Numbered from the stretch's first letter, positions 47,256 to 58,167 are shown. The stretch: 64,000 nucleotides of DNA from Fidelibacterota bacterium (GCA_049975265.1 JBNGDF010000004.1:101117-165116), one strand, 5' to 3'. The notes: generated by a model from the sequence alone, not told the origin. Translations and numbers: made by a program.

Positions 47256-48929
47256 CTATAAAACGATGGATTCCTGGTATTCACCGAATTCTTCCCGAAG
47301 GACCTGGCAGATTTCACCCAGGGTAGCGTACTCCTTAACAGCCGCCAGGACAGGCGGCATCAGGTTTTGATCACCGATTTTAGCAATCCGGCGGATTTCC
47401 GCCAGTTTTCGGCTGACCGCGGCGGCGTCGCGGTGTTGCCTGACCTCTGCCAGTTTTGCCATCTGCCGTTTGCGTAACTGTGGGTCGACTTTCAGAATGT
47501 CTGTAGGTGTATTTTCCTGAATGGTGAATTGATTGACACTGACGACGATTCTGTCACCGCTTTCAATCTCATGTTGGTAGCGATAGGCGGCGTCCTGAAT
47601 TTCTTTCTGAACATAGCCGGTTTCGATCGCCTGTACCATGCCACCGATGGATTCAATTTTGTCTAAATATTGCCATACCCGTTCCTCGATCATGTCAGTC
47701 AGGCGTTCGAGGGTGTAGCTGCCGGCGAGGGGATCAATCGTATTGGTGACGCCGGATTCATGTGCTACGATCTGCTGCGTCCGCAGGGCGATTCGGACCG
47801 ACTCCTCAGTGGGCAGCCCCAGGGCTTCGTCCCGGGAGTTGGTGTGCAGACTTTGGGTGCCGCCCAGAACCGCCGCCAGGGTTTGAATCGTCACGCGAAC
47901 GATATTGTTATCCGGTTGCTGGGCTGTCAGGGTACTGCCGCCGGTCTGTGTATGAAAACGCAGCATCATGGATTTTGGACTCCGGGCTTTAAACTTGTCT
48001 TTCATTATTTTTGCCCAGATCCGCCGGGCGGCCCGGAATTTGGCAATCTCTTCCAGGAGGTCATTGTGTGCATTGAAGAAAAAGGAGAGACGCCCGGCAA
48101 AGCTGTCGACGTCGAGCCCGGCGCTGATCGCCGCTTTGACATACTCGATGCCGTCCGCCAGGGTAAATGCAATTTCCTGAACTGCGGTGGAACCGGCTTC
48201 CCGGATGTGATAGCCGGAGATACTGATGGTGTTCCACTTCGGCACGCTTTGACTGCAATATTCAAAAATATTCGTAATCAGACGCAGGGAAGGCTTGGGG
48301 GGAAAGATGTAGGTTCCCCGCGCCATATACTCTTTTAAAATGTCGTTCTGGATGGTGCCGGTCAGTCGATCAGCGGCAACCCCCTGTTTCTCAGCAACAG
48401 CGATATACATTGCCAGGAGGATAGCGGCGGGTGCATTGATTGTCATGGAGGTGGAGACTTTGTCCAGAGGTATGCCATCGAACAGAACCTCCATATCCTG
48501 CAAGGAATCGATGGCAACGCCGACCTTGCCGACTTCTCCTTCTGCGACCGGATTGTCCGAATCATAGCCGATCTGAGTCGGTAGATCAAATGCTACCGAG
48601 AGACCGGTTTGACCCTGTTCCAGCAGGTACTTATACCGTTGGTTGGACTCCTCCGCCGTGCCAAATCCGGCATACTGGCGCATGGTCCAGAGTCGCCCGC
48701 GGTACATAGTAGGCTGAACACCACGGGTGAAGGGATATTCACCTGGGAAACCGATTTTTTCTGAAAAGGCTTCGAAATCACCGCTTTCCGGAATATCGAC
48801 GCGTTCCGCAGGCAGCCAGGAGTTGGTTTTAAATTCGGCTTTTCGCTCCGGAAATCGGTCAATGACTTTTTTCAGGGTGCTGTTTTCCCACTCTTTCCGA
48901 CGCTGCTGAAAACGATCTCTATTTTGCAT
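47256..48929 (-). CDS. Methylmalonyl-CoA mutase catalytic subunit
   Basis: [42 protein letters not shown]. Confidence 0.94.
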   Translation of the reverse strand: MQNRDRFQQRRKEWENSTLKKVIDRFPERKAEFKTNSWLPAERVDIPESGDFEAFSEKIGFPGEYPFTRGVQPTMYRGRLWTMRQYAGFGTAEESNQRYKYLLEQGQTGLSVAFDLPTQIGYDSDNPVAEGEVGKVGVAIDSLQDMEVLFDGIPLDKVSTSMTINAPAAILLAMYIAVAEKQGVAADRLTGTIQNDILKEYMARGTYIFPPKPSLRLITNIFEYCSQSVPKWNTISISGYHIREAGSTAVQEIAFTLADGIEYVKAAISAGLDVDSFAGRLSFFFNAHNDLLEEIAKFRAARRIWAKIMKDKFKARSPKSMMLRFHTQTGGSTLTAQQPDNNIVRVTIQTLAAVLGGTQSLHTNSRDEALGLPTEESVRIALRTQQIVAHESGVTNTIDPLAGSYTLERLTDMIEERVWQYLDKIESIGGMVQAIETGYVQKEIQDAAYRYQHEIESGDRIVVSVNQFTIQENTPTDILKVDPQLRKRQMAKLAEVRQHRDAAAVSRKLAEIRRIAKIGDQNLMPPVLAAVKEYATLGEICQVLREEFGEYQESIVL

Positions 48930-49214
48930 TTATTGATTCTCCTACTTCATTCAACAGACCGGTTGCTCCAAGATTGTGACGGATACCCGGATCAGTTAAA
49001 AATCGGTGAAAAAGGGTGACAAATACTATGCCAAAGGCTAACCCGGCTATTTGGCAATTCATCTTTGTATAAAACTCAAAATATTAAAGAGGATTCTCAA
49101 GAAATCCAATAAGATACTGGATTGACCTCGATTAATCAGACATTTTCCGGTCTTCTCATTTTTAATAAAACAGCTTCTCGCTTATTGACGGAAGCTGGAT
49201 GTAGTGAGGACGGC

Positions 49215-51302
49215 TCAATCAATCCGGTTTTCCTGAAATTTTCGCAGAGCAGTATCGCTGCCCAGTACCAGCAGGTGATCTCCCGAATCGAAACGGTAAT
49301 CGGGATCGGGAAAGATGTGGGTCTGTGAAGCGGGTTCGGACGATACCATAGCGGTTCGTTTGATCAGCACAATTTCCACCTGATACCGCTTGCGAATGTC
49401 TGTTTCACGGATGGTTTTTCCGATCAGGTGACGGGGAATCTCGACCTCATGGAGATGGACGTCACCGGCTAATTTGACGGTTTTTCGGGACGCTGTCGTT
49501 CGGGCGATATTGCTGATACTGCCGGCGAGGTCAATTTTCCGGATTTCCCGGTTGTACACCTCGATGATATCCTTCTGGCGCACCGATCCGAGCAAAACGG
49601 GAGTTTCGCTGCTGGAAATGACCGGCAGCTCCTCGACACCGTAGCGGGCGAAGAGTTGCATCACGATGTCCAGGTGGTCGCTTTCGAAGATTGTGGGAAT
49701 GTCGGTGCGGACAATATCGGCGGCTACCACCAGATTCGCCAATTCGGTTTCATCTCTAACAATTTTTGCCAGATATTTCCATGACAAGTGACCGCTGTAT
49801 TCGTTTTTTGCATTGACGATAAAGAGCTCCTGGTAGGTATTGCTCAGCATTTTCCGAACAATCTCCGACAGAGTGGCTGTTTCCGGGAGCGTCAGGATAT
49901 CCCTTCGCAAGACGGATGCTACGGGAATGTTTTTCAGGATGTTAATGTCCTGACCGCGCTGGATGTTGATGCCCCGCCGGACCAGTTTATCGGTGTAGAC
50001 AGACTCCTTCTTCAGCCATCCGGCTAAGAGGACGCTGATGATACAGGAGACCATCAGTGGCGGAATAATCTGATAGGTATTGGTCAGTTCAAAAATAATG
50101 ATGATCGCCGAGATAGGTGCGTGGGTCGCCGCCGCCACCACTGCACCCATTCCGACCAGAGCATAGGCACCGCTGCCGGCTGTGACCGCCGGGAAATAGA
50201 GGTGGGCGATTTTGCCGACCAGTCCGCCGAGCATGGCACCGATAAAGAGTGAGGGCGCAAAAATACCACCGGAGCCGCCTGATCCGAGTGTAATGGAGGT
50301 GGCAATGATTTTTACAAAAATCAGGGCAGCCAGCAACCAGATTCCCGCCTGACCCAAAAGTGCGGCGGTAATCGTTTCATAACCGACGCTGTGAATATGG
50401 GGGAAGGCAAAGGCGATACCGCCGATCAGTAGACCGCCGATAGCAGCTTTGATTGGATCGGAAATCGGAACCCTGTCAAAAAGATCTTCGGACTTATGAA
50501 TGGAAATATTGAACAGAACCGCGATCAGACCGGCGCCGATGCCGAGAATCAGATAGGGCAAAAATTCAAAAGCGCTGATCAGTTCGTATGGCGGAATCTC
50601 AAACGCCGGCAGGTTGCCCATAAAGTGCCGTGAGAGCAGAGTCGCAGTGACGGACGAGATGACTATCGGACTGAATTGAGCGACGCCGAAATCGCCAAGG
50701 ATCACCTCTGCGGCAAAGAGCGCCCCGGCGATGGGCGCATTGAAAGTCGCGGCAATCCCGGCGGCGGCACCGCAACCGACCAGGGTCTTCAATTGACGTC
50801 CCGTGGCTTTCAGGAGCTGACCTATGGAAGACCCCAGCGCCGACCCGATCTGGACAATGGGTCCTTCCCGACCTACCGATCCTCCGGAGGCAATCGATAT
50901 CGCCGAAGCAAGCGCCTTGACCACCACAACACGCGGTCTCATTTTACCGGACCGCAGCGCCACGGCTTCCATCACCTCCGGGACGCCGTGTCCTCTGGCT
51001 TCTCGGGCAAATTTGTAGACGATCGCGCCACACAGCAACCCGCCCAGTGCAGGAATAAGAAACCGGAACAGCGGTGGGGTATTCTGCACAACCGCAATGG
51101 AAAATGGTTCCGCCTGCCAGAAGATTTTTTGAAAGTGGGCAATCATCTTACGGAATCCCACGGCGCCAAAGCCGCCCAGAATCCCGATGATGATTGCGGC
51201 GATGATCATGAAAATATGTTCGGATCGAAACAGCTGTATCTGAACCGGGCGGCTGACGGCTCGCAGAAATTTTTGAATAGCGAATTTAAAGGATTGCAGC
51301 AT
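49215..51302 (-). CDS. ClC chloride channel/antiporter with CBS and TrkA-C domains
   Basis: GHGVPE, GREGP, FNAP, GGIFAP; CBS pair; C-terminal RCK_C-like region. Confidence 0.92.
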   Translation of the reverse strand: MLQSFKFAIQKFLRAVSRPVQIQLFRSEHIFMIIAAIIIGILGGFGAVGFRKMIAHFQKIFWQAEPFSIAVVQNTPPLFRFLIPALGGLLCGAIVYKFAREARGHGVPEVMEAVALRSGKMRPRVVVVKALASAISIASGGSVGREGPIVQIGSALGSSIGQLLKATGRQLKTLVGCGAAAGIAATFNAPIAGALFAAEVILGDFGVAQFSPIVISSVTATLLSRHFMGNLPAFEIPPYELISAFEFLPYLILGIGAGLIAVLFNISIHKSEDLFDRVPISDPIKAAIGGLLIGGIAFAFPHIHSVGYETITAALLGQAGIWLLAALIFVKIIATSITLGSGGSGGIFAPSLFIGAMLGGLVGKIAHLYFPAVTAGSGAYALVGMGAVVAAATHAPISAIIIIFELTNTYQIIPPLMVSCIISVLLAGWLKKESVYTDKLVRRGINIQRGQDINILKNIPVASVLRRDILTLPETATLSEIVRKMLSNTYQELFIVNAKNEYSGHLSWKYLAKIVRDETELANLVVAADIVRTDIPTIFESDHLDIVMQLFARYGVEELPVISSSETPVLLGSVRQKDIIEVYNREIRKIDLAGSISNIARTTASRKTVKLAGDVHLHEVEIPRHLIGKTIRETDIRKRYQVEIVLIKRTAMVSSEPASQTHIFPDPDYRFDSGDHLLVLGSDTALRKFQENRID

Positions 51303-51513
51303 CTTTTCTAACGAACTGTTCCCAGGATTCCAGCGAAAAAAACCAACTTAAACTTATCGATTTTTCGGCAAGGTCACAATAACGGATCCTTTTGCGGCAT
51401 GAAAGCAAACCGAAAAATCAGGAAGTTTCTTTATTTCTAAAGGAATAATAGTAAATTTACTGGTGCTTTGGTGAATCGGAAATGAACAGTGAAACAATCT
51501 CGGTGCAGCAGCG

Positions 51514-53364
51514 ATGAAAATCTACCTTAGAATTCTCAGTTGGGTCAAAACCTATTGGAAAACTCTGGTGCTGGGATTTATCTCGTCGCTTCTCTATGTG
51601 ATGTTCAACAGCGCCTCGGTCTGGCTGACGGCATCTTTTGTGAATGTCATCTTTCCTCAGAAACATGCGGAGGTGGTGCAGGCACGGCAAACAGACCAAC
51701 CCCTTCTGTCGAAAGTGGACCTGAACACAAAAATAAAAGAGTACACCAACCGATTCCTGATCAAAGAGAATCCCCATCAGTCACTGAAAATGCTCTGTAT
51801 CATCATTATCCTGGCATTTTTTCTGAAAAATGTATTTTTCTATCTGAAAAATATCTCCTTTGGGTATGTTCAATTAAAATTGATTATGAACATCCGCAAC
51901 CGGCTTTATGAACATCTCCACAATCTGTCGCTTTCCTATTTTCACCGTAAAAAGAGCGGCGAGCTGATGTCTATTATTCTCAATGATGTCGGTGTCATGC
52001 GGCGGGCGTTTACAGTAAGTTTTGACAAACTCATCGTCGAACCGATCAATATTCTGACTTTTGTGGTACTGATGTTTATCATCTCCTGGAAACTGGCTCT
52101 GCTGGCGATCGTAATTCTGCCGGTAACCTTGGTGGTCATTTCCCAGGTCGGTCAGAGTATCCGCCGCAAATCGATCCGGACATCGCGGAAAATCGCCGGC
52201 ATTACCGCTATTCTGAATGAGACGATCAACGGTATACGGGTGGTCAAAGCCTTTGCCATGGAAGCCTTTGAGAAGAACCGCTTTTTCCGGGAGACCATGA
52301 GTTATTTTCGACTGACGTTTCGGCGCCGGCGGCTCCGGGCTATTTCTACGCCGATCAATGAAATTTTCAGTGTTGCCGTGGGGGTTGTCCTGCTTTGGAT
52401 CGGCGGCAATCAGGTGCTGAGCGGTGGTGGTATCGAAGCCGAAGATTTCATCCGCTTTATCATTCTGCTCTTTGCCATTCTGACACCGATTCGGTCCCTG
52501 AATACGGTGAACGTGGATCTGCAGGAGGGAATTGCGTCGGCGACCCGGATATTTTCGATTCTGGACGAGAGGCCCGAGATTGTGGAAAAACCGGATGCCA
52601 TTGAATTGACGGGTTTCGAGCGTGAGATTGACTATCATAAGGTCTGGTTTCATTACAATGAGCAGGACGGCAGCGTCTTACAGGATATCAATCTGACATT
52701 GAAGAAAGGTGAGATCGTGGCAATTGTCGGTCACAGCGGCGCCGGAAAGTCGACATTGGTTGATCTGTTGCCCCGCTTCTATGATGTTTGCGACGGCAGC
52801 ATCAGCATTGACGGGATTGATATTCGAAATGTTACCCTGGCGTCCTTACGCTCGCTGATGGGGATCGTGACCCAGCAGACGATTTTATTTAACGACACGA
52901 TTTTCAATAACATTGCCTATGGGATGAGCGATGCCGATTCAGAGGCAGTCGCCGCAGCCGCAAAAGCCGCCAACGCGCATGAGTTTATTGTGGATTTCCC
53001 CGATCAGTATGAGACCGTGATCGGCGACCAGGGTTCCCGCCTGTCGGGCGGACAGGCTCAGCGGATTGCCATTGCCCGGGCACTGCTGAAAAACCCACCG
53101 ATTCTGATCCTGGATGAGGCGACCTCATCGCTGGACACCGAATCGGAGCAAAAGGTCCAATCGGCGATTGACCGGCTTATGCTGGATCGCACTGTACTTG
53201 TGATCGCCCACCGGCTGGCGACCATTCAGTCGGCGAACCGGATCATTGTTTTGGACCGGGGTAAAATTGTCGAGGAAGGCAGTCATCAAGAGCTCCTGGA
53301 ACGGGACGGCATTTACCGGTATCTCCACGACATTCAGTTTATGAATATCGATAAGACGGCATAA
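51514..53364 (+). CDS. MsbA-like ABC exporter
   Basis: TMD + NBD: GHSGAGKST, LSGGQ, ILDEATSSLD, IAHR. Confidence 0.9.
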   Translation: MKIYLRILSWVKTYWKTLVLGFISSLLYVMFNSASVWLTASFVNVIFPQKHAEVVQARQTDQPLLSKVDLNTKIKEYTNRFLIKENPHQSLKMLCIIIILAFFLKNVFFYLKNISFGYVQLKLIMNIRNRLYEHLHNLSLSYFHRKKSGELMSIILNDVGVMRRAFTVSFDKLIVEPINILTFVVLMFIISWKLALLAIVILPVTLVVISQVGQSIRRKSIRTSRKIAGITAILNETINGIRVVKAFAMEAFEKNRFFRETMSYFRLTFRRRRLRAISTPINEIFSVAVGVVLLWIGGNQVLSGGGIEAEDFIRFIILLFAILTPIRSLNTVNVDLQEGIASATRIFSILDERPEIVEKPDAIELTGFEREIDYHKVWFHYNEQDGSVLQDINLTLKKGEIVAIVGHSGAGKSTLVDLLPRFYDVCDGSISIDGIDIRNVTLASLRSLMGIVTQQTILFNDTIFNNIAYGMSDADSEAVAAAAKAANAHEFIVDFPDQYETVIGDQGSRLSGGQAQRIAIARALLKNPPILILDEATSSLDTESEQKVQSAIDRLMLDRTVLVIAHRLATIQSANRIIVLDRGKIVEEGSHQELLERDGIYRYLHDIQFMNIDKTA

Positions 53365-53408
53365 AAAACAGAGCATTTCTGAAAATCTCATTATTCTCAG
53401 GAAAAGGT

Positions 53409-54173
53409 ATGAAGAAATCTGCCTACATTGGTCCGAAAATGAGTCGCTACCAGTTTGAAGGGTTGCAGAACAAGGGCTGGATTATTGAATATGCGACTGA
53501 AGTCTATCGGCGTCGTCCGAACATTGTCGCCCGGCTGGAGCTGGATTTGGACAACCGGTTCCGGGATGTGGTTGTGAAGTGCTTCGGCTGGCGGGAAGCA
53601 AGGGGTCCTTTTCTCAGCCCTTTTACCAAATCCAAAGCCGAGCACGTTTGGGAAATGAGTCGCCGGTTCATCGACCTGAATATTCCGGTCCCCAAACCGG
53701 TGGCGATGTATACTGAACGCCAGATGGGATTTGTGAACCACAATGTTTATATCAGTGAATATATCGGTCGTTATCAGACTGGAGACCGGATTGTACATAA
53801 TGAACAGGTTCCCTTTTCAAAAAAACAGGAATTTGTTCTCAAGGTTGCCCGGATCATTGCGGCGGTGCATCATGCCGGTTACCTGCATCACGATTTCGCT
53901 TTGGATAATTTTTTGGCGCTGGATGATCATTCAAATGAGGTTTTTTTGATTGATTTGACCCGGGTGGAAAATAGACACAGGCTGTCCCTTCAGGAGCGTG
54001 TGGAGGATTTCGCCCGGCTGGGTCTCTGCGATTGCGGTTTGCAGGAGGATCATGACGATTGTCTCTGGCTCCACTTTCTTCTGCGATATGACGCTGCCCA
54101 TGCGGAATCATTCATTGCACCGCTGCAGAAAAGTCTGCAGAAATATCAACTAAGGGGAAAATCCGATCAGTAA
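53409..54173 (+). CDS. Lipopolysaccharide kinase (Kdo/WaaP/InaA-like)
   Basis: VVVK, IPVPKPVA, LHHDFALDNFL, IDL kinase motifs. Confidence 0.75.
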   Translation: MKKSAYIGPKMSRYQFEGLQNKGWIIEYATEVYRRRPNIVARLELDLDNRFRDVVVKCFGWREARGPFLSPFTKSKAEHVWEMSRRFIDLNIPVPKPVAMYTERQMGFVNHNVYISEYIGRYQTGDRIVHNEQVPFSKKQEFVLKVARIIAAVHHAGYLHHDFALDNFLALDDHSNEVFLIDLTRVENRHRLSLQERVEDFARLGLCDCGLQEDHDDCLWLHFLLRYDAAHAESFIAPLQKSLQKYQLRGKSDQ

Positions 54174-54912
54174 AGCAGGATATCGTTTTCGATGGACGAT
54201 TTTAATAGCAATTGCCCTGGTGACAGATGCTTTTGTCATTGCGCAGACCCGTCCGCCCTGTGATGTGGGAGAAAGACTGAACTATTCCGCCTGGTTCAAT
54301 TTTATCAGAGGTGGCGAGTCGTTTCTGGAATGCATCGGGATTGAAGATATCAATGGAAAAACGGCGTATCATGTCCGCTCGGTGACGGAATCGCTGCCCT
54401 TTTTCGACCGTTTTTACAAAGTGCGCGATTATATGGATTCGTGGCTGGATACATCCGGTCTGTATTCACTGCGGTTCCAAAAATCCCTTCGCGAGGGGAA
54501 GTATCGTAAAAAATATTTGGTGGATTTTGATTATCAGGCAGGTGTCTCGGTTTCTGAAGATGACCAAGACCCGATTCCGGAGCAGGTTCACGACGGACTT
54601 TCGATGTTTTATTATGTGCGGACGCTGGACCTGGCGGTGGGCGATGTTATCAAAATCAACTACTTTGATAATGATTCCCTGAGACCCTTCCATATCAGGG
54701 TTGACCGCAGGGAGTGGGTCAAAGCACCGATAGGTAAAATGGAGTGCTTCGTGCTGGAGCCCTATGTGGAATCAGGAATACTGCTGAAACACAAGAGCAA
54801 AATAACCATTCACCTTAGTGTGGATGAGCGACGACTGCCGGTGATCATATCCAACGATGCCCGTTTCGGATCGCTGGTGCTCAAGCTGGAGTCCACCGGG
54901 CAGCGCCCTTAG
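54166..54912 (+). CDS. DUF3108-like exported protein
   Basis: GERLNY, FYKVRD, EGKYR, D..S.FYY.R, LPV motifs; the signal peptide extends upstream of GTG 54220 to a probable ATC start. Confidence 0.72.
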   Translation: MSKAGYRFRWTILIAIALVTDAFVIAQTRPPCDVGERLNYSAWFNFIRGGESFLECIGIEDINGKTAYHVRSVTESLPFFDRFYKVRDYMDSWLDTSGLYSLRFQKSLREGKYRKKYLVDFDYQAGVSVSEDDQDPIPEQVHDGLSMFYYVRTLDLAVGDVIKINYFDNDSLRPFHIRVDRREWVKAPIGKMECFVLEPYVESGILLKHKSKITIHLSVDERRLPVIISNDARFGSLVLKLESTGQRP

Positions 54913-54936
54913 GATGGGAAAAAACCAATCGTCAGT

Positions 54937-56298
54937 CTATTTACCGATGGGTAGATTAATGGTAAAGGTTGTCCCTTTGCCGACGGAACTTTCCACCTGA
55001 ATCGTGCCGTTGTGGGCTTCGATGATCCGCCGGACAATCGCCAGTCCCAGCCCTGTACTCTTTTCACCGTCGGTGGGACGAACGCTGGTTTTGCTGAACT
55101 CTTTGAAAATTTTATTAATTTCGTCCGGCGGGATTCCCTGTCCCTGGTCTGCGACGGATATTTCCACCGATCCATCACGTTTTCGGGCACTGATGGTGAC
55201 CGTCGTATTGGGATATGAAAATTTGATCGCGTTGGTAACCAGATTATCAAGAACCTGCATGATCCGGTTTGAATCAACCACAATAATCGGCAGATCGGGT
55301 TCGATGTTCAGGCTCAACTTGATCTGTTTTTTCTCCACCAGAGATTTGGTCATTGATTGATAGGTTTGGAAAAATTTGTGCAGGTTCAGGGGCTCCGGTT
55401 TCAGCTCCAGCTTGCCCGATTCAATCGCGCTGAAATCTAACAGGTTATGAATCAGATTCAGCATGCGGTCGCAATTTTTATCCATGGTGTTCAGGATATC
55501 CCGCTGCTTATCATCGATCTCTCCCAGATAACCGTTCAGGAACAGAATGATGAAATTTTTGATCACTCCGATGGGGCTGCGGAGATCATGCGCAGCGATG
55601 CCGAGAAATCTGTTTTTTAATTCGTTGAGATGCATCAATTCTTCGTACATCCGGCTTTTTTCGAGAGTTACGGAGAGCTGCCGGGCGATTTTCTGAAAGA
55701 GGTTGACGTGAATATTTTTATAGGTATCGGGTCGCATGCTGGAGAAGAAAATCAACCCCACGGGGTCGTGGGTTGCGATCAGCGGGCAGGTGAGACTGGA
55801 ACGCATGCCCTCTGCGAGGATCAGTTTGGTGGAGGCGGACCGGGGGTGTTTTTTCAGATAATCGCGCAGATCGTTGATGATGCGGGGTTTTCCGGTGGTG
55901 ATGATCTTTGCCAGGCTGCTGCCTTCGAGAGGGGCAGAATACCCCTTGGCAATCTTGATCTCGGTGGCGTCGGAGCGGACACAGCAGGACCGGAGTTTTT
56001 TGTTATCTTTATCAAGCAGAGCGATGCTGATGCGGTGATAAGGAATAATTTCCCTGAAAGATTGAAATACATGGTCTAAAATTTCTTCCAATAACAGACC
56101 GTCATTAATCTTTTCGGTAATGCTGCCCAGCAGGCGCTCCTGCTGACAGTGTTTTTTAAAGGAATTACCGACTTCTAAAATGGTCGTGGAGAGCCGGCGA
56201 TAGGATTCATCATCCCGGTCAGGAATGTCGGGATGATAGTTGCCCTCACTTATTTGTCGCAGGGCAGTGATCAATTCATCAAGTTGATCTTTTTCCAT
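54937..56298 (-). CDS. GAF-domain sensor histidine kinase
   Basis: GAF domain, AHDLRSP, NLVTNAIKF, DQGQGI, GLGLAI. Confidence 0.93.
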   Translation of the reverse strand: MEKDQLDELITALRQISEGNYHPDIPDRDDESYRRLSTTILEVGNSFKKHCQQERLLGSITEKINDGLLLEEILDHVFQSFREIIPYHRISIALLDKDNKKLRSCCVRSDATEIKIAKGYSAPLEGSSLAKIITTGKPRIINDLRDYLKKHPRSASTKLILAEGMRSSLTCPLIATHDPVGLIFFSSMRPDTYKNIHVNLFQKIARQLSVTLEKSRMYEELMHLNELKNRFLGIAAHDLRSPIGVIKNFIILFLNGYLGEIDDKQRDILNTMDKNCDRMLNLIHNLLDFSAIESGKLELKPEPLNLHKFFQTYQSMTKSLVEKKQIKLSLNIEPDLPIIVVDSNRIMQVLDNLVTNAIKFSYPNTTVTISARKRDGSVEISVADQGQGIPPDEINKIFKEFSKTSVRPTDGEKSTGLGLAIVRRIIEAHNGTIQVESSVGKGTTFTINLPIGK

Positions 56299-58015
56299 AT
56301 TTGATATTTCCTTTTTGGAATTGTCGGGGCGTTTTTAATGTCAATATGGATTTTTGGGCTGCTTTGCCCCGGATTGTTTTCTCTACTGTAAGTTTCTCCA
56401 GAGTAAAGGGGTCAACTTCCGTATAATACATTAATGCGGAGTAGGTAGAGGGTAACGGTGTAAAAATCTGGACCTGTTCCGGGTTGATGCGCAGTTCACG
56501 AGTGGCATAGTCTTTGAGCATCCGCATATCTTCCTTTCTGCAGCCGGGATGGGCGGCAATAAAGTAATAGGTTAAAAACTGCCGCTTACCGGCTAACTGA
56601 GAAAATCTATCAAATTGATGCTTAAATCCAAGCAAAGAATCAATCGCCGGTTTGCCCATTTTTTGTAAAACGGCTTGCTCACTGTGTTCCGGTGCAATTT
56701 TCAGCTGACCCGATGTATGATAGCGGGCGATATTTTGAAGATAACTGTGCCCATATTTTTTGTCCGCCATGACGAGATCGTAGCGAATTCCGGAGCCGAT
56801 GAAGATATGTTTAATGCCGGGAACTTTGCGCAGCTCCTGCAGCAATCTGGTCAGGCGATCATGGCGGACAGGCAGCCGGGGACATTTCTCCGGGTAGAGA
56901 CAGCGTCTATCGATACAGGTGCCGCTTTTCAGCTTTTTTTGGCATTCGAAGCCATACATATTGGCGGTGGGTCCGCCGACATCGGCGATGGTACCCCGGA
57001 ATTCGGGATGCGCAGTGAGCCGTTTTGCCTCCTGAATAATGGAGCCCTGGCTGCGCCAGCGAACGGTACGACCTTCGTGGACGCCGATGGAGCAGAAATG
57101 GCACTCACCGTAGCAGCCGCGATGGGAATTGATTGAGAACCGGATCGTGTCCAGTGCTTTAACCCCGCCCTGCCGGGCGTAATAAGGGTGGACGGCGCGC
57201 TCAAAATCGAGAGTATAAATATTGTCCAGTTCCCTCTGATTCAGATAAAATTCCGGTGGATTCAGGATAATATAGCGGGTGTCGATTTTTTGCGCCAAAC
57301 CGTAAGCCGTCAGCGGATCGCTGTTCCGGTAAAATTCATGAAACATGCGGATAAACGCTTTTTTGTCTCTTGTCACCGTTTGGTAGGCGGGCAGTTGCAG
57401 ATAATTGTTTGGTACCGAATCGGCGATGTAGCCGATACTCCGAAGTGTACGAGGTGATTTACCAGACCGAAGAGAATCCGCCAGCTTGACTATTGTCTTC
57501 TCCGCCATGCCGAAAACCAGATAATCGGCTTTGGCGTCAAACAGTATCGGACGTCGCAGTTTGTCTGACCAGTAGTCGTAATGCGTGATACGGCGCAGGC
57601 TGGCTTCGACACCTCCCAAAATGATCGGGACGGTATGTTTGAAATTGCGGCGAATCAGGTTGCTGTAAACGATGACCGCTCGATCAGGACGGCGGTTATT
57701 CAAGCCGCCGGGGGTATAGTCATCGTGACGACGGAATTTTTTCAAGGCGGTATAATTGGCAACCATCGAATCCACACAGCCGCCACTGACACCCCAAAAG
57801 AGCCGCGGCTCGCCAAGCCGGGATATATCGGCACTACCGGTAATGTCAGGCTGCGCAATGATGCCGACTTTGTAGCCTTTCCGGACCAGTAGCTTCCCGA
57901 TAAGGGCAATACCGATTTGCGGGCAATCGATATAGGCATCGCCGGTGACCAGGATGATGTCACACTGCGACCAGCCGAGTTTTTCCATTTCCAATTTGGT
58001 GGCAGGTAAAAACAT
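56279..58015 (-). CDS. ygiQ: YgiQ (UPF0313) family radical SAM protein
   Basis: VTGDAYID, DSMVANY, GCYGECHFC, GGPTANMY, APEH, HPGC. Confidence 0.92.
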   Translation of the reverse strand: MFLPATKLEMEKLGWSQCDIILVTGDAYIDCPQIGIALIGKLLVRKGYKVGIIAQPDITGSADISRLGEPRLFWGVSGGCVDSMVANYTALKKFRRHDDYTPGGLNNRRPDRAVIVYSNLIRRNFKHTVPIILGGVEASLRRITHYDYWSDKLRRPILFDAKADYLVFGMAEKTIVKLADSLRSGKSPRTLRSIGYIADSVPNNYLQLPAYQTVTRDKKAFIRMFHEFYRNSDPLTAYGLAQKIDTRYIILNPPEFYLNQRELDNIYTLDFERAVHPYYARQGGVKALDTIRFSINSHRGCYGECHFCSIGVHEGRTVRWRSQGSIIQEAKRLTAHPEFRGTIADVGGPTANMYGFECQKKLKSGTCIDRRCLYPEKCPRLPVRHDRLTRLLQELRKVPGIKHIFIGSGIRYDLVMADKKYGHSYLQNIARYHTSGQLKIAPEHSEQAVLQKMGKPAIDSLLGFKHQFDRFSQLAGKRQFLTYYFIAAHPGCRKEDMRMLKDYATRELRINPEQVQIFTPLPSTYSALMYYTEVDPFTLEKLTVEKTIRGKAAQKSILTLKTPRQFQKGNIKYGKRST

Positions 58016-58096
58016 TGTGATAAATTTCCGATGATTGGAGTGAAAATCCAATTTTTTTAACGACTATTTGACACGAATAAATGCAAGGGTGATCAA

Positions 58097-58167
58097 CTAA
58101 CCTTCTGAAGGTTGTCAGAGGTATCTCAATCAGGAATAAATTTTATTAGCAACCTTCGGAAGGTTAG
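58097..58167. repeat. REP-like inverted doublet
   Basis: CTAACCTTCTGAAGGTTG / CAACCTTCGGAAGGTTAG (17/18 inverted); 37 bp between the 15-mer cores. Confidence 0.7.
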
